Origin: Gammaproteobacteria bacterium
GTDB lineage: Bacteria; Pseudomonadota; Gammaproteobacteria; Pseudomonadales; Cellvibrionaceae
Assembly (NCBI GenBank): GCA_021151625.1
Contig: JAGKWY010000007.1
Span: 1,095-65,094, forward strand
DNA length: 64,000 nucleotides
Direction: 5' to 3'
Made by a program: the position numbers and the translations under genes. Of this stretch, positions 1 to 9,649 are shown piece after piece. Position 1 is the first letter of the stretch. Every line of letters starts with the position of its first letter. The notes under the pieces are model-generated. The model did no database searches. It was not told the DNA's origin and was given only the letters and a program-made list of their open reading frames with translations.

Positions 1-118
1 AATAACTATTTACTTGCAACAAAATCGCGCCGATTACCAACAACAAACTGCAAAAAATTGCTGTCAATAACACCCACAATTTCACCGAGGCAACGGCCTG
101 CCCCAAAAAACGCACCAT
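1..118 (-). CDS. 5' end of a membrane-protein gene running off the left edge (partial)
   Basis: ATG at 116-118 (minus) with GGAGG about 8 nt upstream. Reads MVRFLGQAVASVKLWVLLTAIFCSLLLVIGAILLQ..., a TM-like N-terminus. Too short for the ORF track. Confidence 0.35.
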   Translation of the reverse strand, partial: MVRFLGQAVASVKLWVLLTAIFCSLLLVIGAILLQVNSY

Positions 119-370
119 CACAAAACCTCCAACCGGTTTAAGTAAAAATCAACCAGTAAAATCACGCACAAGTTCGGTGCAACCAAAAAACCACAGGACT
201 AATCAGGCGGCAAAAAGGTGCACATGTGATTGGCGTTTATTTGTTTTTACTCTCTCACCATATGCCAATCAACATTCATGCCACAGAATAGACAAACTAA
301 AACCGTCAAAAACACGGAACAATTATCAATAAAAACCACTTAATTACAGAAAGTGACAGTTTATTGTCCC

Positions 371-403
371 AAAAAGAAAAAGCCCGGCGTTATGCCGGGC
401 TTT
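371..403 (-). terminator. Rho-independent terminator downstream of pepN
   Basis: Hairpin agcccggc-gtta-tgccgggct (381-403) followed on the minus strand by a T-run (371-380), 28 nt after the pepN stop. Confidence 0.7.
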
Positions 404-430
404 AGTGGAAAAATAGTGCTGAGCAACTAA

Positions 431-3130
431 TCAGACGAGGCTTTTGCTGACCACCTCAAATACATCTTTTGATAAATCCGGTTCATCCATAATTCGTTCC
501 AATTGCGCTTTCATTAATGCCTGGCGCTGCGGGTTATATTTTTTCCATTTGGTTAACGGGGTTAACAGACGCGACGCAATTGACGGGTTTTGCGCATTAA
601 GCTTGATAATTTGATCAGCGAGGAATTGATAACCAGCACCAGCATCGGCATGGAAATTAATGGGATTATTTGCACAAAAGCCGGCGATAAGAGCGCGAAT
701 CTTGTTAGGATTTTTGCCATCAAACGCAGCGTGTGTTTGCAGTGCCTTTACCTTTTGTAAAGTACCCGGCAATACACACATCGCCTGCACACTGAGCCAT
801 TGGTTAACCACCAATGATTCGTGTTGCCAGCGCTGGTAAAAATCCGCAAGTGCATTAGCCGCAAGCTGTTGGGCCAGCGGCGTTTCACTATTTACCAACT
901 GCGTTAAGGCCGCCATCACATCAGTCATGTTATTAGCTGTGCGATATTGCTGCTCACATTGTTTAATCAAGGCTTCATCACCTAGCAACATCAAATAACC
1001 CAGGGCAACATTTTTTAAGCTGCGCGCTGCGATTGCATCGGCAGTTGCCGCATAGCTTTGTTGATGATCATAAGCGCGATAAATAGTTTCCAGCTCAGCA
1101 CGCAGCGCAAGTGCCAATGCTTTACGCACAGCAGCGCGACCATAATGAATTGCTTCCACATCGACAACCTCGGCCAGCTCACTAAGGTAAGCTTCTGAAG
1201 GCAAGCTGAGCATATAGGCAACCATGGCCTTATCCAGGCTTTCGTCTTGCAACACACTGCGATAGGCGTCAACCAATTCGGCATCCACCAACCAATTCAC
1301 CAATGATTGACCTTCCTGATAGGCGGCCATCGCCACTTGTATTGCCTGCAAACCCAATTGCTGGCTGGCTTCCCAGCGATTAAATCCATCGCTGTCGCGA
1401 CTCATCAACAAGATTAAATCTGCACGTGAATAGTCGTAATGCCATTTCACCGGTGCAGAAAAACCGCGCAATAAGCTGGGCACCGGTTTTTCCTGCACAC
1501 GTTCAAACACAAATGTTTGTTCGGCCTCGGTTAGTTCCAATACTTTGTAGGTGTTATCGCTGGTTTCAAAATCCGGTGCGGCATTTTTTAACACCAGTGG
1601 CAAATCCCCCGCGCTGCCAATCAAGCCAACAGCAACAGGAATATGGAATGGCAATTTGTTGGTGCACTCAGGTGTTGGTGGGCAGGATTGTTTAATCGTG
1701 AGCGAATATTCCTGCGCATCTTCATCGTAGGAATCGGTAATCTGCAAGCGCGGCGTGCCCGCTTGTGAATACCAGCGTTTGAACTGGGTGAGATCAAGGC
1801 CAGAGGCATCTTCAAGGGCTTTGATAAAATCTTCAGTGGTAACTGCCTGACCATCGTGGCGATCAAAATACAAATCTGTGCCTTTGCGGAAATTTTCCTT
1901 GCCTAACAGCGTAGCTAGCATGCGAATTACTTCCGCACCTTTTTCATACACTGTCATAGTGTAGAAGTTGGAAATTTCGATATAGGACTCCGGACGAATC
2001 GGGTGCGCCATGGGGCCTGCATCTTCTGCAAACTGGGCGGTGCGCAATAGCGTTACATCCTCTACTCGCTTGACCGTACGTGAACCCATGTCGGCCGAAA
2101 ACTCCGAATCGCGATAAACCGTAAAACCTTCTTTCAAACTCAATTGGAACCAATCGCGACAGGTAACGCGATTGCCGCTCCAGTTGTGAAAATATTCATG
2201 GGCTACAACTCCTTCAACGCGCTGGAAACCGGCATCGGTTGTTGTTTCCGGTTTTGCCAGGACGCAGGAAGTGTTAAAAATATTAAGGCCCTTGTTTTCC
2301 ATCGCGCCCATATTGAAATCATCAACGGCGACAATCATAAAAATATTCAAGTCGTATTCACGCCCGTACACTTTCTCATCCCAACGCATGGAATTTTTTA
2401 GTGAAGTCATGGCGTGATCACACTTATCCAAATCCTTTGGTTCTACAAAAATTTTCAAGGTCACTTCACGCCCGGAGCAGGTAGTAAATTTATCCTCAAT
2501 GTGCGCAAGCTCACCGGCTACCAACGCGAACAGATAAGCGGGCTTTTTAAAGGGATCATGCCATGTAGCGTAGTGGCGATTGCTCTCCAACTCACCCTGA
2601 TCAATTAGATTGCCATTGGATAAAAGCACCGGGTATTTTTTATCCGCAACCACGGTAGTGGTGAATTCACTCATCACATCCGGGCGATCCAGGTAATAGG
2701 TTATCTTGCGGAAACCTTCTGCTTCACACTGGGTGCAGTACATAGTGCGCGAGCGATACAAACCTTCCAGCGAGGTATTTTGCTCGGGTTTTATTTTGGT
2801 AATAGTGATAAGGGTAAATTCTTCCGGTGTATTAAGAATGGTGATGGATTCTTCACCGAATTGATAATCGCCCTCGCCTAAAATTTTTCCATTTAATGCA
2901 ATGGATACCAATTCCAGATTAGCGCCGTGCAAGGTCAATTGCGTTGCAGGCTGTGCCGCCGCCGGGTTGCGATACAACTGCAACATTGCACTAACAACCG
3001 TTTCACCGTCATAAATTTCAAACCGCAGATCAGTGGTTTTGATTAAATAATCCGGCACTGAATAATCTTTCAGATAAATGGTTTTGGGCGCTTGCTCTGT
3101 GGTGGGCAGATTTTGTTCTACGGCAGTCAT
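431..3130 (-). CDS. pepN: Aminopeptidase N (M1 zinc metallopeptidase)
   Basis: GAMENKGLNIF exopeptidase motif and HEYFHNWSGNRVTCRDWFQLSLKEGFTVYRD (HExxH-x18-E). The size fits PepN. ATG at 3130 with AGGA 7 nt upstream is preferred over the GTG at 3148 used by the track. Confidence 0.95.
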   Translation of the reverse strand: MTAVEQNLPTTEQAPKTIYLKDYSVPDYLIKTTDLRFEIYDGETVVSAMLQLYRNPAAAQPATQLTLHGANLELVSIALNGKILGEGDYQFGEESITILNTPEEFTLITITKIKPEQNTSLEGLYRSRTMYCTQCEAEGFRKITYYLDRPDVMSEFTTTVVADKKYPVLLSNGNLIDQGELESNRHYATWHDPFKKPAYLFALVAGELAHIEDKFTTCSGREVTLKIFVEPKDLDKCDHAMTSLKNSMRWDEKVYGREYDLNIFMIVAVDDFNMGAMENKGLNIFNTSCVLAKPETTTDAGFQRVEGVVAHEYFHNWSGNRVTCRDWFQLSLKEGFTVYRDSEFSADMGSRTVKRVEDVTLLRTAQFAEDAGPMAHPIRPESYIEISNFYTMTVYEKGAEVIRMLATLLGKENFRKGTDLYFDRHDGQAVTTEDFIKALEDASGLDLTQFKRWYSQAGTPRLQITDSYDEDAQEYSLTIKQSCPPTPECTNKLPFHIPVAVGLIGSAGDLPLVLKNAAPDFETSDNTYKVLELTEAEQTFVFERVQEKPVPSLLRGFSAPVKWHYDYSRADLILLMSRDSDGFNRWEASQQLGLQAIQVAMAAYQEGQSLVNWLVDAELVDAYRSVLQDESLDKAMVAYMLSLPSEAYLSELAEVVDVEAIHYGRAAVRKALALALRAELETIYRAYDHQQSYAATADAIAARSLKNVALGYLMLLGDEALIKQCEQQYRTANNMTDVMAALTQLVNSETPLAQQLAANALADFYQRWQHESLVVNQWLSVQAMCVLPGTLQKVKALQTHAAFDGKNPNKIRALIAGFCANNPINFHADAGAGYQFLADQIIKLNAQNPSIASRLLTPLTKWKKYNPQRQALMKAQLERIMDEPDLSKDVFEVVSKSLV

Positions 3131-3182
3131 GGCAACATCCTGATTCACTTACGGGGCTTAAGTAAAAAGCAACAATAGAAAA

Positions 3183-3455
3183 CTACTCAACCCACTTGAT
3201 GGGTTTATCGGTATGGGCATGATCATGGTCGTGATCATCATCACCACAAAAAGTATGCGGCTCAGGCGGAATGTAACCTGTGTGCTGGTCAGGTGGCAGG
3301 TTCTTGTGCTCATAGGCAATGACGGCTTGCATACACAACTGGCGCTGCTCGCTGGATAGGCGGTTGCCATCAGGCCATTTGCCCAACTCTACCGCGCGTT
3401 TTAAATTTTGGTAAATTTCCGGCGTAAGGCTGGAAAGCAGTTGCTGTATATCCAT
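3183..3455 (-). CDS. YeaC/DUF1315-like small protein with His/Asp-rich tail
   Basis: 90 aa, N-terminus MDIQQLLSSLTPEIYQNLKRAVELGKWPDG resembles the YeaC family. Position next to pepN matches Pseudomonas-type synteny. The family name is from memory. Confidence 0.65.
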   Translation of the reverse strand: MDIQQLLSSLTPEIYQNLKRAVELGKWPDGNRLSSEQRQLCMQAVIAYEHKNLPPDQHTGYIPPEPHTFCGDDDHDHDHAHTDKPIKWVE

Positions 3456-3479
3456 TGAATTACTCGCAAATCAAAAAAA

Positions 3480-4325
3480 TTAACGACGAAAAAACTGTGT
3501 TGTTGCCAGCGCATACAAGGCACCGGCAATTAAACCACCCAGATGCGCGGCATTGGCGACTGAGCCAGAAATAAAATAATCAACCACTCCAGTCATACAC
3601 AGCACTAACCAGAACAACATAAAACCAATTAACGCTGGTGACACAGCTATCAGAGGATGAGGGACAAGTCGCTGACGAACAGCAATAAAACCTACCAACG
3701 CATAAACTACACCGGACATCCCGCCAAATGCAGGCGATTCACTCCAGAGATATTGCGCAACATTGGAAGCCACACCACTAATCACCACGAAGAGTAAAAA
3801 TGACCAGGCGCCCATCAGGTATTCCAATCGTCGCCCTAAATCCCACATCCACAAACTATTAAAGAGCACGTGGAAAATTCCAAAATGTAAAAATATCGGC
3901 GTTAGCAAACGCCAGACTTCACCAGCGGCCAGTGAGTCAGCAAGCGGAACAATGAGCGTGGTTGTAAACTTCTGAAAACTGAACCAGTACACCAGTTGGC
4001 TGTTCGACTCAACTAAAAACGCGCCCAGTGCACTCAAGGCTATTAGCAAAATAACAACCGGAACTTGCATGGCTTGCTGGGCGAGCGACGGTGACGAATA
4101 TGCAGGGGCTTCTGCAACCGGAGCTGATTCCAAACGAATATCGCCCTGCGAATACTGGGTTAGAAATTCCTGCAACGCAGGAACCACCCTCTCATCCAAC
4201 ACCCAGAGGCACTGTTGCCCCTGCTCTTCGGTAATACGATGCTGCAGGCCACGCGTGCGCAAATAATCGCTTAATTCCTGCAAATCCTGCTCGAGTGAAA
4301 AATATTTAACCGCTATCCAGTTCAA
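3480..4325 (-). CDS. Rhomboid family intramembrane serine protease (GlpG-like)
   Basis: Cytoplasmic N-domain plus a multi-TM core. Catalytic GGMSGVVYAL (GxSG) and downstream HLGGLIAG histidine. TTG start. Confidence 0.85.
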   Translation of the reverse strand: MNWIAVKYFSLEQDLQELSDYLRTRGLQHRITEEQGQQCLWVLDERVVPALQEFLTQYSQGDIRLESAPVAEAPAYSSPSLAQQAMQVPVVILLIALSALGAFLVESNSQLVYWFSFQKFTTTLIVPLADSLAAGEVWRLLTPIFLHFGIFHVLFNSLWMWDLGRRLEYLMGAWSFLLFVVISGVASNVAQYLWSESPAFGGMSGVVYALVGFIAVRQRLVPHPLIAVSPALIGFMLFWLVLCMTGVVDYFISGSVANAAHLGGLIAGALYALATTQFFRR

Positions 4326-4363
4326 AATAGAAAGACCACCTGACGCTTACGAATTCAAATAGA

Positions 4364-5374
4364 TTAGGGATCTACATAGACCCACACGAATTTGTCCGAC
4401 TGCAATTGTGCCTCACCGTCCATGCGATAAGCCACCAATCGCCCAAATTTAACCGCACTATAATCCAGGCATGCGAGATTGTTAGCCAATGGCCGGGGTG
4501 TCCCTTTTAGCCAATAGTGTCCAATAAACAGCGGTGGCTGGGACGCATCGTAATAGACCATCTGCGCGCGATGCTCGGCACTGATAGCCGCGCAGGCGAC
4601 ATGCTCGGGCAAGGGATCAGGCTGGAAGAGCAGCTGACCATAGGTCTCCGCCGTGTGCCCCCAAAACTTGGTGCGAAAGGCACGGCGCTGGTAGCCGTCA
4701 GCAGACACCATTACCTCACCTTCCGGTAACGGCAAATCCACCCCACCAGTGAGCCGCTGTTTGGTAATCGCCTCCAGACTGCCCTTTTGTGCAGACTTGA
4801 TAACAAATGGCCAATCGATATGTCCATCGCCATAATGTTGACGATGCTTATCTATCAAAGCGTGATCCCAGCAAGCGTGCACTGCACGAAACACCTGATG
4901 AGTTTGCGGATGCTCTATTTCCAGAAACAGCGGCAACTCCACAAACCAGCGCACAAAGGCCAGCCACTCCTGGGTGTGTTCGGCAAATTGCTCCAGGGTT
5001 TCCGCCACCTGGCGAGCACTGGCAATGGTATGGGGACGCAAGTATTCGCTGGAGCCAGGCCCGGTCGGGGTACTGTAGGTGATTGCATTGAATTCGTGGT
5101 TGCCGAGAACCATCAGGGCGCTGCGCGCCTCCACCATATCGCGCACCAGATGCAGAGCTTCGCGGATACGCGGGCCGCGATCTACCACATCGCCCAAAAA
5201 AATGACCTGTCGCTGTGCATGGCGATAAACACCGCGCTGCTTCTTGTAACCCATCTGCTGTAACAAGCGCTCCAGCGTATGGGCACAACCGTGGATATCG
5301 CCAATTAAATCGTACCCATAAGCCTCGCCCATGCGCGGTTGAAGGATTGATTTAATGGGCGATGCTTCAGTCAT
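4364..5374 (-). CDS. Metallophosphoesterase (PrpA/ApaH-like Ser/Thr phosphatase family)
   Basis: Motifs GDIHGC, GDVVDRGP and GNHE in canonical order. Confidence 0.85.
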   Translation of the reverse strand: MTEASPIKSILQPRMGEAYGYDLIGDIHGCAHTLERLLQQMGYKKQRGVYRHAQRQVIFLGDVVDRGPRIREALHLVRDMVEARSALMVLGNHEFNAITYSTPTGPGSSEYLRPHTIASARQVAETLEQFAEHTQEWLAFVRWFVELPLFLEIEHPQTHQVFRAVHACWDHALIDKHRQHYGDGHIDWPFVIKSAQKGSLEAITKQRLTGGVDLPLPEGEVMVSADGYQRRAFRTKFWGHTAETYGQLLFQPDPLPEHVACAAISAEHRAQMVYYDASQPPLFIGHYWLKGTPRPLANNLACLDYSAVKFGRLVAYRMDGEAQLQSDKFVWVYVDP

Positions 5375-5375
5375 A

Positions 5376-6275
5376 TCATTCCTTTAGCAGATGACCGCCC
5401 CACCCCAGTTTGGAGCGGCAGCGCTCATAGAAGTTGTAATCATTGGGATGAAGCAGCTGCAGTAGCTGCGGTTTTTTGCGGATACGAATTTCATCGCCAG
5501 TTTGTACATCCACATGGGAATGTCCATCGCAAGTGACCATGGGCTCTGCGCGATTATGCTCGCCCACAACAACAGTGATTTCGCTGCTGCCCGCAACTAC
5601 TATCGGCCGGCTACTCAGGGTATGGGGATTCATGGGCACCACAACTATGGCATCTAACGTGGGGTGCAATAAGGGGCCACCGCCACTGAGGGAATAAGCT
5701 GTTGAACCGGTGGGCGTAGAGACAATCACCCCATCAGAGCGCTGACTGGTGACGAAGACGCCATCCACGCTGATTTCAAATTGCAGCATATGAATGAATT
5801 GGCCGGGGTGAAGTACCACATCATTGAACGCATCGGCAGTGGCGATTAGTTGGCCATTACGAATCACTTCCATATCCAGCAAAAAGCGCATTTCCGAAAT
5901 GTAATCACCCGACAGAACTTCATCGACCTTGTTTTCAATATCTTCTGGCGTGATATCCGTTAAAAACCCGAGACGCCCGCGGTTAACCCCCAATAAGGGC
6001 ACATTATATTTCGCCAGCGCACGTGCACCGCGCAACAGGCTGCCATCGCCCCCCACCACTATCACCAGGTCACACACTTGCCCCATGGCTTCCATGTCCA
6101 TAATGCGTTGGGCAGCCTTAACTATACCGGCATCGCAAACCAGGGCAGCAGTTTCCGCTTCCAACACAAAATTCCTGCCGCGTTTTTGCAGAAAGCGAAT
6201 TAACCGTTTTATGGAGTAAACCGCGCGCTCGTTATTGAGATGGCCAATCAGGCCTATCGTTGAAAATTGAGTCAT
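5376..6275 (-). CDS. nadK: NAD+ kinase
   Basis: VVGGDGSLL and NRGRLGFLTD motifs, about 299 aa. Its stop is 1 nt from the downstream start. Confidence 0.95.
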   Translation of the reverse strand: MTQFSTIGLIGHLNNERAVYSIKRLIRFLQKRGRNFVLEAETAALVCDAGIVKAAQRIMDMEAMGQVCDLVIVVGGDGSLLRGARALAKYNVPLLGVNRGRLGFLTDITPEDIENKVDEVLSGDYISEMRFLLDMEVIRNGQLIATADAFNDVVLHPGQFIHMLQFEISVDGVFVTSQRSDGVIVSTPTGSTAYSLSGGGPLLHPTLDAIVVVPMNPHTLSSRPIVVAGSSEITVVVGEHNRAEPMVTCDGHSHVDVQTGDEIRIRKKPQLLQLLHPNDYNFYERCRSKLGWGGHLLKE

Positions 6276-6382
6276 AAATCATCCACTGCGTCAGCGGTTA
6301 TAGTGAGCCGGCTAGCTCAGGTAAGATCACCAGGTATTTCAGGCTATTATAGCCAGCGAAACCCTCACCGGGATGTAACTTT

Positions 6383-7390
6383 ATGCAGCCACCTTACACC
6401 AAACCCAGCAACAGCTCCCCCAGCAGCGCTAATCCCGACAACACCAATCGCACAAACCTGCACAGGCTGCAACAGCAATCTGTGCGCGATCTGGCCTGGT
6501 GTTGTTTTAGCGCCCCCATGATGCAAGAGCTACCCGGTTGTAATGCACACATACTGCCGCTTGACAACCAATCGCTGTGGCCATGGCTGCAGGCACTGGA
6601 CCAACAACCCAAACCCTTGCTCGATCATTTAGCCCAGCTTAAAAGCACACGGCTGGGTATCTATTACGAAGCCCTTTGGCACTTCTATTTTGCCAATCAC
6701 CCGCAATGGAAGTTGTTGCAGCACAACCTGCAAATTGATCGCGCTGGCATCACCCTGGGAGCCTTCGATTTTTTATGTCAGCACGGCGATGAATACTGGC
6801 ACATTGAGACAGCGGTAAAATTTTATTTATGCAGCACCCGCAACCCGCTGGAAGCTTACGAATGGAAATACTGGATAGGTCCGGAGGGAAAAGATCGGTT
6901 GGATTTAAAACTTAATCATCTGCGTCAACACCAATTGCCCTTGCACCAGACTGCCGAAGCAAGAGAGCCACTAGCAACCCTCTATCCCACTGTGAATCAC
7001 TGGAACACTGGGCTGTGCCTGCAAGGATATTTATTTTCGCCTGCGCAGCATCCAAGCCAACCTGCATTCAGCCACACTTCCCACGCCCATGGCGCCTGGT
7101 GGTACGCCAGCCAATTCCTTGCGCAACTTGCAGAAAAAGAAACCGGACACTGGCTGGTGCTGGAGCGTAAACGCTGGTTATCACCAGCACAAACAGAAGG
7201 CGTTGAGCAACTGCTAGGCAATGATCAACTTGCAGAAAAAATCCGGGAGGAATTGATAAGCTCTGCACGCCCGCTCCTAATTGCAGCGATGGCAAAGCAG
7301 AGCGATACGAAAACTGAATGTTGGATCGAAACCGAACGTTTGTTTGTGGTTGCTGATGACTGGCCGACTAATCTGTCCGACCCGGCATAG
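6383..7390 (+). CDS. Conserved hypothetical protein (DUF1853-like)
   Basis: 335-aa ORF divergent from nadK, as in Pseudomonas synteny. Motif FDFLCQHGDEYWHIETAVKFYL. The family name is from memory only. Confidence 0.5.
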   Translation: MQPPYTKPSNSSPSSANPDNTNRTNLHRLQQQSVRDLAWCCFSAPMMQELPGCNAHILPLDNQSLWPWLQALDQQPKPLLDHLAQLKSTRLGIYYEALWHFYFANHPQWKLLQHNLQIDRAGITLGAFDFLCQHGDEYWHIETAVKFYLCSTRNPLEAYEWKYWIGPEGKDRLDLKLNHLRQHQLPLHQTAEAREPLATLYPTVNHWNTGLCLQGYLFSPAQHPSQPAFSHTSHAHGAWWYASQFLAQLAEKETGHWLVLERKRWLSPAQTEGVEQLLGNDQLAEKIREELISSARPLLIAAMAKQSDTKTECWIETERLFVVADDWPTNLSDPA

Positions 7391-8519
7391 CCTCACCAGC
7401 ACGCAGTACGTAATTGCGTCTGTCGCGTAGCATGGCTTTACCAGCATTACCAAACAACTGATTGCAATTATCTAGAGCCAGAGTTTTATAACCGTGCTCT
7501 GCCAGCAAATAAGCGGCGGCCCGGCTGCGACGTCCGGTATCACAATAGAAAATATACAGATTTTCTTTATTTAGCAGGCGCGATTTAATCGCCAGAAGAT
7601 TCAGCGGAATATTCACCGCCTTGGGTAAATGCGCTTCGCTGTACTCTTCTTCACTGCGTACATCCACAGTGACAACACCCTTGGCCAGCGACTCTTCCAA
7701 TTCATTAAATCCTAAGGTGGCAACGCTCGGCTCTTTTAACAAACGATAAAAATCTTGCTTTTCCAAACGCATTAACACACCGTCAGTGCGCATCATAACT
7801 GTTGCATTGCGTACAGTTTCATTTACCAATGCATCTTCGCCGAAGCAGCGGCCAACGCCAATTGTCGCCAGATGTTGACGTTTATTGTCAGAATGGCGAG
7901 CCACATCCGCCTCACCTTCCTTAATGAAATAACACTGCTCGCCCATTTCCCCCTGGCGAATAATCACATCGCCGGCATAGACGACTTGCGGGGTCAACCG
8001 TGAAAAAATTTGCTCTACATTGAGCGGCGGGACTTTGAAAAACAAATTGGATTTCAATACCGTCATCATCCAGTCGACATCTTCATCCAGATCGCGCTCG
8101 CGTGAAATAATCAACTGCAGATAATCGGCAACCTGGCTCCAGGTAAGCAACTTATCAAGTCGTTCGCTATCGATACGCAGCACACTGCAATCTGTCTCCG
8201 CCACTGCAGTTACGGCGCGCGGTTGTTGATGGGCAATTGGGAAAAGTGAACTGCGACCTTTTATAAGCGTGCGATTGCCGGCGTCATCAACCAGTGCAAC
8301 ATCGCCATACATTAAATACACATGCTGCGCATCGTAGCTTCCCGCCGTAAAGAGCGTTTGGCCAGCACAGACGACTTCCAGCAAGGCATCGTTAAGCAGG
8401 GCCATCAAATGGCTTTCACTCATCTCTTTTAACGGAACGAGCGTGCGCGTCAAATTCAAATCAAATTCAATCGGCGCGACCTGAACAGTTTTTTGAGCCT
8501 GCATAACCAATTCCTTCAA
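7368..8519 (-). CDS. Cyclic-nucleotide-binding domain protein with C-terminal rhodanese domain
   Basis: Two CAP/cNMP-like beta-barrels; the second is canonical (GEMGEQCYFIKEGEADV ... RNATV). C-terminal rhodanese with active-site loop CDTGRRS. Confidence 0.8.
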   Translation of the reverse strand: MKELVMQAQKTVQVAPIEFDLNLTRTLVPLKEMSESHLMALLNDALLEVVCAGQTLFTAGSYDAQHVYLMYGDVALVDDAGNRTLIKGRSSLFPIAHQQPRAVTAVAETDCSVLRIDSERLDKLLTWSQVADYLQLIISRERDLDEDVDWMMTVLKSNLFFKVPPLNVEQIFSRLTPQVVYAGDVIIRQGEMGEQCYFIKEGEADVARHSDNKRQHLATIGVGRCFGEDALVNETVRNATVMMRTDGVLMRLEKQDFYRLLKEPSVATLGFNELEESLAKGVVTVDVRSEEEYSEAHLPKAVNIPLNLLAIKSRLLNKENLYIFYCDTGRRSRAAAYLLAEHGYKTLALDNCNQLFGNAGKAMLRDRRNYVLRAGEAMPGRTD

Positions 8520-8610
8520 GAGGAGATAAATTCCGGTATCGGACCAACGTCATCCCAACACCAACTACTTATAATTTTCCACACTGCCTTTGCTGCCCAA
8601 AGCCGAATAA

Positions 8611-9591
8611 TCAGGGGCAAATAAACCCTCTCCTTCCCTGTAATCCACCACTGTGAATAGCAACTATGCGCGAACCGCGTGGCCAGTAACCCATTTGCGC
8701 CAAGCAATGAATACCCCAGATCAACTTCAAGGTATAAACCGGATCCAGTGGAATTCCCGTCTCCTGCTCAAATGACCGCCAGAACGCAAATAAATTCGGA
8801 GGATGCTTTTTGCCATAACCTCCCCCGTGAAATCCGGAAATCAATCGCCAATTAGCAGCAGGTAAAGACTCATTAGACCGATAAAAACCTTGAGTAATAC
8901 ACAGCTGCCTATAGGTCTCTGCAATCCCCGTACCTAAATCACCATCGCCCTTAAGGACAGAGAAGCCCAAGGCGAGTTTGTCATGCCGTCCGGCAGCAAC
9001 AAGACCAGCAGCTAAACCAGCAAGGCTAGTTCCAGTACCACAGGCGATACACACTGAAGTATAGTCACCCTTTAATTGTTCCTCTAAGGCGCGACCACTC
9101 AGGCTCATGCCACTTGCACCCAACAACCCGGCCCCACCTTCAGGAATTAAATAAAAATCCCCATATTGATTACGCCAGTCGATCAAAAGCTCATTAAAGG
9201 ATTTGCTTTGGTAAGCTTCGCGACTGATAAAAACCAGCTCCATCCCTGCCTCTTGTGCATCCTTAAGCGTTGGACTTAGTAGTTTTGGCCGCTCACCGCG
9301 CACAACCCCCAGAGTATTGAAACCAAACTTTGCGCCAGCCATGGCCAGCGCATACAAATGATTGGAATAGGCACCACCAAAACTCAGCACTCGGGAATAA
9401 CCTGCATCGCGCGCCGCACGCAGGTTATAAAACAACTTGTAAGCCTTATTACCCGACAAGCTCACATCAATTAAGTCATCGCGCCTTACAACTAACTCCA
9501 CTCCTGCAGCGCTCATCACTGGCGTAGTCGCAACTTGCAGCGGCACTGCACAGGCAAGTTTAAAAAAATCATCGTCCGAATCAATTACCAC
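8611..9591 (-). CDS. PLP-dependent ACC deaminase / D-cysteine desulfhydrase family protein
   Basis: SGNKAYKL lysine motif, Gly-rich CGTGTSLAG loop, about 326 aa. GTG start. Confidence 0.8.
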   Translation of the reverse strand: MVIDSDDDFFKLACAVPLQVATTPVMSAAGVELVVRRDDLIDVSLSGNKAYKLFYNLRAARDAGYSRVLSFGGAYSNHLYALAMAGAKFGFNTLGVVRGERPKLLSPTLKDAQEAGMELVFISREAYQSKSFNELLIDWRNQYGDFYLIPEGGAGLLGASGMSLSGRALEEQLKGDYTSVCIACGTGTSLAGLAAGLVAAGRHDKLALGFSVLKGDGDLGTGIAETYRQLCITQGFYRSNESLPAANWRLISGFHGGGYGKKHPPNLFAFWRSFEQETGIPLDPVYTLKLIWGIHCLAQMGYWPRGSRIVAIHSGGLQGRRGFICP

Positions 9592-9649
9592 TGCTTACAT
9601 CAACCTATTGAACCACTCGATACACCAATTCTTAACAACACACTAATTC

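Noticed and set aside
4787-5288. 146-158 aa ORFs on both strands inside the metallophosphoesterase gene
   Set aside because: They overlap a CDS with complete catalytic motifs. GC-rich regions give long spurious frames.
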